DNA of 64,000 nt from Octopus vulgaris. Taxonomy: Eukaryota. The notes under the pieces were generated by a model. That model searched no databases. It had not been told where the DNA came from and was given only the letters and a program-made list of their open reading frames with translations. Position 1 is the stretch's first letter. Each line of letters begins with the position of its first letter. The stretch lies in NCBI GenBank assembly GCA_951406725.2, contig OX597836.1:39866001-39930000 (forward strand), written 5' to 3'. A program made the position numbers and the translations under genes. Below are positions 54,242-64,000 of the stretch, in pieces.

Positions 54242-54880
54242 AGTTTCAAATTTTGGCACAAGGCCAGCAATTTTAGGAGAGGGTTAAATCGATCATATCG
54301 ATCCCAACGCTCAACTTGTACTTATTTTATCGAACCCGAAAGAATGAAAGTTTCAAATTTTGGCACAAGGCCGGCAATTTTAGGAGAGGGGTAAATTGAT
54401 CACATCGACCCCAACGCTCAACTGGTACTTATTTTATCGAACCCGAAAGAATGAAAGTTTCAAAATTTGGCACAAGGCCGGCAATTTTAGGAGAGGGGTA
54501 AATTGATCACATCAACCCCAACGCACAACTGGTACTTATTTTATCGAACCCGAAAGAATGAAAGTTTCATATTTTGGCACAAGGCCAGCAATTTTAGGAG
54601 AGGGGTAAATGGATCACATCAACCCCAACGCACAACTGGTACTTATTTTATCGAACCCGAAAGAATGAAAGTTTCATATTTTGGCACAAGGCCAGCAATT
54701 TTAGGAGAGGGGTAAATTGATCATATCGACCCCAACGCTCAACTGGTACTTATTTTATCGACCCCAAAAGAATCAAAAATGAAGTTGACATCGGCGGAAT
54801 TTGGACTCAACGTAAAAACGGAAGAAATGGCGCTTAACAATTGGTCCGGCGTGCTAACGATTCTGCCAGCACGACGTCTT
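54242..54880 (-). mobile_element. SINE family A (alt tail) with 3' half amplified to 5 x 107 bp
   Basis: Units start 54242, 54349, 54456, 54563, 54670; last continues into the tRNA head. Confidence 0.92.
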
Positions 54881-55112
54881 AAAAACATATATTTCAGGTC
54901 TATATTTAAGAGATGAGGAATTATGTACATTATTTACATTCAATAGATATTTGTCCCTATCTTGTTTGTTGCCCACGGGCATATGGCGTAGTGGTTAAGA
55001 GCGCGGGCTACTAGCTCCAAGATTCCGAGTTCGATTCCAAACAGTGACCTGAACAATAACAACAACAACAACAACAACAATAAATAATAATAATAACAAC
55101 AACAACAATAAC

Positions 55113-55195
<83 letters not shown>

Positions 55196-55397
55196 GAGCG
55201 CGATTCGATTGTAAGATCATATTTGAATGGCAAGAAATCCATGGGCCTAGGATTGGGTTCAACACCGGGGTCTAGCGAAACTAACAGGGCCTACAAGTCA
55301 ACCGTGAGAAGGAATAAAACGCAAATGGGCCCATGGATTTCGTGCTCTTCGTCTTGACTGTTTACCTTTGTGAAGAGTTACGTCAATCCTTTTTAAA

Positions 55398-55465
<68 letters not shown>

Positions 55466-55466
<1 letters not shown>

Positions 55467-55652
55467 CAGGACTTACAAACACATATAACATACAGAAAAT
55501 TGCACTACTAGGCACTGCACACATCCTACGCAGAACACTTTCCATACAATAACCATCAGAGCATCACAACAAATCACAGCAAATGGGCCCATGGATTTCG
55601 TGCTCTTCGTCTCGGTAGTGAAGTGAAAGCACACTATAAAAATATAACTACG

Positions 55653-55730
<78 letters not shown>

Positions 55731-55911
55731 CAGGACTTACAAACACATATAACATACAGAAAATTGCACTACTAGGCACTGCACACATCCTACGCAGAAC
55801 ACTTTCCATACAATAACCATCAGAGCATCACAACAAATCACAGCACATACCCAAGGCACAGAGAGCTGCGCTCGGTAGTGAGGTGAAAGCACGCTATAAA
55901 AAATAAAACTA

Positions 55912-55916
<5 letters not shown>
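55466..55916 (+). mobile_element. Two tandem R4/Dong-like 3' ends in (TAA)n (55466-55655, 55730-55916)
   Basis: PGLTNTYNIQKIALLGTAHILRRTLSIQ* plus 3'UTR; same 5' truncation point. Confidence 0.9.
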
Positions 55917-55977
<61 letters not shown>

Positions 55978-55995
55978 CACAATAATAATAATAAT

Positions 55996-56026
<31 letters not shown>

Positions 56027-56074
56027 TCGAAAAATACCTTATGAATGAGAACCTAGGTTCGAAATTTTCCCCAA

Positions 56075-56120
56075 GACACCTGAAGAAGGCTGGAGAGTAT
56101 ATCAGTCGAAAGGTTGTGTT
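56075..56120 (+). ncRNA. Minimal type I hammerhead ribozyme motif (one substitution in stem III)
   Basis: GACAC-CTGAAGA-AGGCTG-GAGAGTATAT-CAGTC-GAAA-GGTT-GTGTT. Confidence 0.65.
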
Positions 56121-56389
56121 AACAACAAACAAGATGAGGACAAATATCCGTCGAATGTAGATAATGTAGATAATGTAAATAATGTAAATAATGTAAATAA
56201 TGTAGATAATGTAAATAATGTAAATAATGTAAATAATGTATTGAAATATTGACATGGAATTGACATTATTGAAGGATTTGTTTAATCGTAATATTCATTG
56301 TGGTTCTGCTAGTTCTTGAAAGATAGAAGCAACAACAACATCACCAAGACCACTGTTGTTGCCATGAACACCCTCACTACCACTATCAC

Positions 56390-57033
56390 TGCCGCCTCCA
56401 TCACCACCACCACCACCACCACCACCACCACCACCACCACCACCACCACCACCACCACCACCACCACCATCATCATCATCACCACCACCACCACCACCAC
56501 CACCACCACCACCACCACCACCACCACCACCACCACCACCACCACCACCATCATCATCATCACCACCACCACCATCACCACCACCACCACCACCATCACC
56601 ACCACCACTACTGTCATCATTGCAACCAACACTACCACCACCATTACCACCACCACCACCACCACCACCACCACCACCACCACCACCACCACCACCACCA
56701 CCACCACCACCACCATCATCATCACCAACGACAGCAACACTGTCACCACCACCACCACTACTGTCATCATTGCAACCAACACCACCACCACCACCTTTAC
56801 CATTACCACCACCACCATCATCATTTCCTACAATACGAGCACCACTTCTGTTACTATAACGCCGCCGCCACCGCGTAAGCAGTATTACCACCACCACCAC
56901 CACCACCACCACCACCACCACCACCACCACCACCACCACCATCACCACGAGCACCACTTCTGTTACTATAACGCCGCCGCCACCGCGTAAGCAGTATTAC
57001 CACCACCACCACCACCACCACCACCACCACCAC
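56390..57033. repeat. (CAC)n low-complexity tract with internal higher-order duplications
   Basis: ACGAGCACCACTTCTGTTACTATAACGCCGCCGCCACCGCGTAAGCAGTATT at ~56835 and ~56947. Confidence 0.9.
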
Positions 57034-57405
57034 TACTGACACCTCGAAAAGTGTTCTGTACGGTAATAGACATTCATTGAAAGTCAAATACCGGTTGACA
57101 ACCACCACCGACCCGAGACCCCCGCCCCCGCCTATCAAATATCTCATTGTAAAAGTAAAGAACACACATTCTTTTGTCCCGTCACACCTCTAATCTACTT
57201 ATCTCTCTCTACTCCTCCTACACTTTATCCCTACTCATCTTCACATTTCACCTCCCTCCATTTTTCTCTCCCTCTTTCTCTCCCTCTTTCTCTCCCTCTT
57301 TCCCTCTCTCTCTCAATATACAAATGGTGTGTGTGTGTGTGCGTTTATGTACATATATGTGTGTGTCTGTTTGTTTGTGTGTGTATGTGTTTACATATAG
57401 ATATT

Positions 57406-57441
<36 letters not shown>

Positions 57442-57586
57442 TGTGTATGTATGTATACTAGTTGGCTTATTTCTGGCTACGTATGTCGTACCCAACTTCA
57501 TTCAGGCTAGGAATCTTTGCTAATGAATTATTATTAAGCTAATGAGTAAATTGTTTGAGCTAGTATGTATGCGTGAATATGTATGC

Positions 57587-57727
<141 letters not shown>

Positions 57728-57729
57728 TA

Positions 57730-57815
<86 letters not shown>

Positions 57816-58260
57816 CTTCTATCTTCGATACGCCAGTCTTCATGCCCTATGTAATCTAGTGATTTATTTCAGTAGACGCATAGTGACCTCTCGGGTTTTT
57901 ATGGGGTGTTCACTCACCAAACCTCTTACTAGGCTCCGAGTCACTGAAGATGCAAGGGGGGGGGGCAGTGATATTCCAACACCGAAGCTCCAGAGAAGGT
58001 CTCTAGATGGCTTTTGGATAAAGGGGACAGGCTGCTGCTTCGCGACTCTTGAGCAGAAGGACCTTAACGATGCTCCGTTGGATCTAAAGGACGAACGGGT
58101 TTGATGCTTTTGGGGTGCGTGGTCAGTGAAGCTGCATGGATCTTACTGGGTATACGAGTAAGTCTTTCAACATCTATATATATATGTGTGTGTAGCCGCG
58201 CATGCGCTATATATATATGTGTGTGTAGCCGCGCATGCGTGTATATCTTTTATCTTTTTT

Positions 58261-58450
58261 AAACACGAGGGACAAACAAGGACAGACACAACGGATTAAG
58301 TCGATTATATCGACCCCAGTGCGTAACTGGTCCTTAATTTATCGAAAGGCAAAGTCGACCTCGGCGGAATTTGAACTCAGAACGTAACGGCAGACGAAAT
58401 ACGGCTACGCATTTCGTCGGCGTGCTAACGTTTCTGCCAGATCACCGCCT
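58261..58450 (-). mobile_element. SINE family A with internal deletion
   Basis: Homology to 13876-14107. Confidence 0.88.
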
Positions 58451-59359
58451 CCCGTGTCTGTATTTATATGTATGTATTATATATGTGCATATATCTATAT
58501 CTTGCAAATATAAATTGATTTTAGATATATGCGCAGCCGCATTGGCATACATGAACATCCTTATACACAAACACAAATATATACCCATATTCAAATCTGC
58601 ATACAAACGCACGCAAACGCACGTACATATACACACAGAGACACAGAATGTTAAGTATCGCAACTAAATATTCATGTCGAAAATGTGAAATGTCATATAT
58701 CGCGATGGCATACTTTGTGTCGCTCTACCGACTCTACTACGCACTTCGGTAATATCATCTTTGCGCAAGTTTACACTTGTTGAATGGAGTGAATAATCAA
58801 GACAAAAGTCCTTCTTACTTTAACGTTTCAAGGCACTATTTTATCATCATCGCGGAAGGATAAAAGAACAAATCGTCCACGGCGGGGAAATTGAACACAG
58901 GATGTTATAAGACATAAATTTGAAGGGAAGGGAGTAGTAAATACGGCATACACTCAATTATTTTACTGTGCTCACTCCTCGATACTTTCTTATATTTAAC
59001 ATCGGTCAATCAGTCAGTCACCTTCGACACGGATTTGAACCCGGAACGTAAAGGGAGGTAACTCGATTGCACTGGATATTTTGTCGGTCGCTTTACTGGT
59101 TCCACCAGCAACGAATTTACGATTTTACGATTATAATTCACTGTCGGGGTTGTTCGCGTTAGTGTTTTAGTTATTTTATTTTATATAATTATTTAATTTT
59201 TTTTTTTTGTTATCGTTGTTGTTGCTGTTATTGGTTTTTACCTTTTGGAATATGGAGTGTTTTACCTGCGGAAATTTTCTAAGGAGAGTAAAGGTAAGAA
59301 GATGACGTTTCATTATTCACAAATTTCGTGTGACGTCATACTTACATATGTTTATATAT

Positions 59360-59526
59360 GCATATTCTGTTGTGTCTGGGGAGAGACATTTTCTTTTTGT
59401 GCCTTATTATTTAACACACTCACCGGTAAAATTTCCACTTTTTTCTCATTTTTATTGTCCTAAAATTTTTGTTGCGTCTTGCAACCTTTTCAATAGTTAT
59501 GACTCCCCAGACACAACAGAATATGC
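59360..59526. repeat. Fold-back element with ~24-bp inverted ends
   Basis: GCATATTCTGTTGTGTCTGGGGAG / CTCCCCAGACACAACAGAATATGC. Confidence 0.85.
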
Positions 59527-60050
59527 TTCAACACACGAACTCATATAAAGAATCTTGCAAACCAAATCCCAAAACGAAATATATATGCATATATAAATAT
59601 AATGGCGGTGCCCCAGCATGGCCACAACTCGTAAGCTGAAACTAGATAAAATAAATATAAAATAAATAAATATATATGCTTGTATATATATATATATATG
59701 AATATGTGGGCGGATGTGTGAATGTAAACAATATGCATACGTACATATATTTGGAAGTATATTTACATATATATAAGCATGTGTGTGTATGTGTGTGCGT
59801 GCTTGTGCGTGTGTTCTCGTGTGAAAGCAGTTATGCATATGTATATCTAGAGCTCGGTTATACATTTGTTTAGTAAAAGTTACAAGGGTACACAGTGCAC
59901 ACCTGTATACATACACCTGTATACACCTGTATACATAGTTATATACACCTGCATTCGCACGCACGTACACACACACACACACACACGCATATCTATGTAC
60001 ACACGCTTACATACATATGAATATTTATGTACACAGTCATATACATATAA

Positions 60051-60091
<41 letters not shown>

Positions 60092-60277
60092 TGTATGTGC
60101 GTATGTATGTATGTATTTATGTATGTATGTATATATATATATGTATATATACGTGTTTGTATGCATACACACTCATATACATAAGCATATATTTATGCAT
60201 GTGTATGTGTGTATGCGTGTATATGTATGTGTGTGTGTATGTGCGTGTGAGTGTAATAAGCGATAAAAATATATACA

Positions 60278-60769
<492 letters not shown>

Positions 60770-60770
60770 G

Positions 60771-60802
<32 letters not shown>

Positions 60803-60832
60803 CATATATATATATGTATGTATATATTTAAA

Positions 60833-60911
60833 AAATCCGAAGATTAAAAATTTTTTTACATACAAAATTTAGATGAATGTATGTAAAAAATTTTGTTTAA
60901 TCTTCGGATTT
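60833..60911. repeat. Hairpin in short (AT)n-embedded element
   Basis: AAATCCGAAGATTAAA..TACATACA / TGTATGTA..TTTAATCTTCGGATTT. Confidence 0.8.
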
Positions 60912-60993
60912 AAAAAAAAATATGCTAGGCCACTGGTTTTAATTGGTTAACATCAATTTCTACACTTATTTATAGTTCACCTCTAAAAAATAA

Positions 60994-61031
<38 letters not shown>

Positions 61032-61034
<3 letters not shown>

Positions 61035-61250
61035 TCTTTACTCTTTTACTTGTTTCAGTCATTTGACTGCGGCCATGCTGGAGCACCGCCTTTAGTCGAG
61101 CAAATCGACCCCGGGACTTATTCTTTGTAAGCCCAGTACTTATTCTATCGGTCTCTTTTGCCGAACCGCTAAGTAACGGGGACATAAACACACCAGCATC
61201 GGTTGTCAAGCAATGCTAGGGGGACAAACACAGACACACAAACACACACA

Positions 61251-61293
<43 letters not shown>

Positions 61294-61451
61294 GACAGGC
61301 TTCTTTCAGTTTCCGTCTATCAAATCCACTCACAAGGCATTGGTCGGCCCGGGGCTATAGCAGAAGACACTTGCCCAAGATGCCACGCAGTGGGACTGAA
61401 CCCGGAACCATGTGGCTGGTTAGCAAGCTACTTACCACACAGCCACTCCTG
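61032..61451 (-). mobile_element. SINE family D, near full length
   Basis: Reverse complement of 38947-39345. Confidence 0.95.
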
Positions 61452-61538
61452 ATGAAATTTTCTCTATATATAGGACACATCGAAGCGCTCTGTATATTTG
61501 AGCCATAGGAGAATAAGAAAAATAAGGATGTGAGATAT

Positions 61539-61608
<70 letters not shown>

Positions 61609-61808
61609 GGGATATGTTGTATAGAAACGTATCTTAGAACGGATGTCCTTTCGGCTTCAACCGACTTCAACAATATTCACTCTATAAAACACTCTCTTCT
61701 ATTGAATTACTTGACGTCACACTCTACTATTTGTTTTAGCAACCACCGAGTCTATGCTCTTCATTCTATATGTTTGCCTATCTGTCTGTTTGTCTGTGTG
61801 TGTCTATG

Positions 61809-61850
<42 letters not shown>

Positions 61851-62074
61851 TGTCTGTCTGCATGTCTGTCTGTCTGCCTGTCCTTGTCTCCTTTCTATCT
61901 GACTATCACTGTCTTTTTGTCTCTGTCATTCGCTCTTTCATTGCCTGTCTTTCATTGCTTTATTAGTCTGCTCGTCTATCTGATTGCCTGTCTGTCTGTC
62001 TGTCTGTCTGTCAGCTTATCTGTCTGTCTGTCAGCTTATCTGTCTGTCTGTCTGTCTTTTTGCCTCTGTTTGTA

Positions 62075-62117
<43 letters not shown>

Positions 62118-62308
62118 CTGTCTGTTCATGTCTTCTTTCTATCAATGTTTATCACTGTCTTTTTGGCCTTCTGTCATTCGGCCTTCCGATTAGCTATGTC
62201 CTTGAGCAAGAATCTTTATTTCTTGCTGCTCTGATCTTCTCGGTCATCAAGAATCAGTTATACCTCTAATTCAAAGGGTCAGCAATTTCACATTTTGTGT
62301 CATAAAGT

Positions 62309-62540
62309 GGCGAGGAGCTGGCAGAAACTTTAGAACGCCGGGCGAAATGCTTAGCGGTATTTCGTCTGCCGTTACGTTCTGAGTTCAAATTCCGCCGAGG
62401 TCAACTTTGCCTTTCCTCCTTTCGGAGTCGATAAATTAAGTACCAGTTACGCACTGGCGTCGATGTAATCGACTTAATCTCTTTGTCTGTCCTTGTTTGT
62501 CCTCTCTGTGTTTAGCCCCTTGTGGGTAGTAAAGAAATAG
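62309..62540 (+). mobile_element. SINE family A nested in a family C tail (62270-62690)
   Basis: TSD ATTTTGTGTCA; flanks rejoin as TCAAAGGG..TGTGTCACGCTGAAT..AAGGGTACACGTGTCTGTGG. Confidence 0.9.
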
Positions 62541-62862
62541 AAATTTTGTGTCACGCTGAATCTCCCTGAGAATTACATTAAGGGTACACGTGTCTGTGGA
62601 TTACTCAACCATTTGCTCATTAATTGACGATCCGGGTGTTTCGGTGATCCGACCAACTGGAACTCTCATCGTCGTAAGCCATGGCGTAACAGTTTTATCC
62701 TTATGTTCCTTAGCCTCTCTTTTCCTCTGACTGTCTGTCTTTCCCTCCATCTTTATGTAACTCTATGCATCAGCATCTCTGTCAGTCCTTCCTCCTCTAT
62801 GCCATTCTACCTTTCAGTTACTCTATACGTTTGATTCTCTGTCTGCCGCACTCTCATATGTT

Positions 62863-63198
62863 GAGACCCCCTTCGGTCATGACTGACCGTGGGATTGCAC
62901 CTAGAAAGTTACACTCCCAGGCACAAGTCTGGGCACGGTTGATTATGGAAGACCAGCAGTCGCCCATGCATACCAGCCTCCCCTCTCCACGTCACCGATG
63001 TTGTCCAAGGGAAAAGGCAACAGCAGATACAGCTTGGCACCTGTGACGTTGTAACTCATTTCTACAGCTGAGTGAACTGGAGCAACGTGAAATAAAGTGT
63101 CTTGCTCAAGAACACAGCACGCAGCCCGGTCCGGGATTCGAATTCCCAACCTCACGATCGTAAGCTCGACGCTGTAACCACTGAGCCATGCGCCTTCA
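62863..63198 (-). mobile_element. SINE family B, full length
   Basis: GAAGGCGCATGGCTCAGTGG head, B-box GAATTCGAATCCC; matches 3117-3432. Confidence 0.92.
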
Positions 63199-63445
63199 CA
63201 ACATCGTGCTATATATATGTCACATATAGTAATTATCTCCACTGTTCACTATACCCATATACTGTAACCAGAAATTTTTGTTTTCAAGATTATTGAATGC
63301 CACCTCTATTAGAACATGTAAACATAAATATCTAGGCTAAAGTAAACAAAGCTGTATACTTTTAACCTCATTTTATTACTATATTCAACATTTAAGTAAG
63401 ATATAGTATTTACCGATTTTATTGAAGACTAAATTACATTATCCC

Positions 63446-63647
63446 TCTACAGTTGAGTGAAGTGGAGCAACGTGAAATAAAGTGTCTTGCTCAAGAACAC
63501 AGCACGCAGCCCGGTCCGGGATTCGAATTCCCAACCTCACGATCGTAAGCTCGACGCTCTAACCACTGAGCCATGCGCCTTCACAACATCGTGCTATATA
63601 TATGTCACATATAGTAATTATCTCCACTGTTCACTATACCCATATAC
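63446..63647. repeat. 202-bp duplicate of 63061-63262
   Basis: SINE head plus unique flank ..CACTATACCCATATAC repeated almost identically. Confidence 0.92.
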
Positions 63648-63649
63648 AA

Positions 63650-63893
63650 AAAGTGTGTCATCTCTTGTGAAGGGTAGGAGAGTCCAGTTTGCTGGACATT
63701 GTTGTAGAGCTGAAAAAGAAGTAATTTCTACTCTTCTCCTCTGGAAGCCATCTACTCGCAACACCAGAGGGCGCACACTCTCCTACCCTGATGTAATCTC
63801 CAGGGATACAGGCATCCAGCAACAGGACCTCCGTAATGCTATGATGGACCGTGAAGTCTGGCGCAACATGGTAAATTCCATTGTCTCGACCAC
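63650..63893 (+). pseudogene. 5'-truncated RTE-type LINE 3' end
   Basis: VKGRRVQFAGHCCRAEKEVISTLLLWKP..RGRTLSY..AMMDREVWRNMV. Confidence 0.85.
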
Positions 63894-64000
63894 GTATATT
63901 CATTATCTATTACAGATCTGCTCTTAGGTTAATTACTAATAGATTTCAGCTGCGTAAAAACAACATTGAAGTAAGTGTGAATACTTTTTAAGAGATTACC

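Larger units (their letters stand above)
54927..56239 (+). mobile_element. tRNA-headed, hammerhead-containing element with Penelope-style inverted tail, interrupted by inserts in its (AAT)n
   Basis: Inverted tail 54927-54971; A box 54984-54994; B box 55029-55037; hammerhead 56075-56120; tail 56123-56168 and (AATGTAAAT)n. Confidence 0.6.

Noticed and set aside
54242-54780. CRISPR-like regular array
   Set aside because: Whole units repeat with no unique spacers; derived from a SINE; eukaryotic context with no cas genes
56295-56990. 220-aa Gly-rich / Thr-rich ORFs
   Set aside because: (CAC)n low-complexity repeat open in several frames on both strands
63487-63927. 146-aa ORF as a host gene
   Set aside because: Chimera of antisense SINE, duplicated flank and RTE C-terminus

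Overview
Repeat-saturated, AT-rich animal (eukaryotic) DNA, intergenic or deep intronic. The SINE/LINE repertoire and extreme (AT)n/(AAT)n/(AC)n/(ATCT)n density resemble a cephalopod (Octopus-like) genome; this is inference. No intact host protein-coding gene, rRNA, true tRNA or CRISPR is supported, and almost all ORFs in the track are translated microsatellites. The window holds: a full-length but frameshifted mariner (19733-20984); mariner-, hAT- and foldback-type MITEs; two non-autonomous Helitrons; fragments of R4/Dong-like (in TAA repeats), CR1, RTE and Penelope-like retroelements, including a decayed Penelope RT missed by the ORF track; and four tRNA-headed SINE families (called A-D here). 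The most notable signals are (i) a tRNA/Pol III-headed element with a hammerhead-ribozyme motif and a Penelope-style inverted tail (54927-56239), (ii) several minimal hammerhead motifs in short fold-back elements sitting in (AT)n tracts, best at 29623-29704, and (iii) head-to-tail SINE multimers that always join at the same palindromic junction inside a single TSD.
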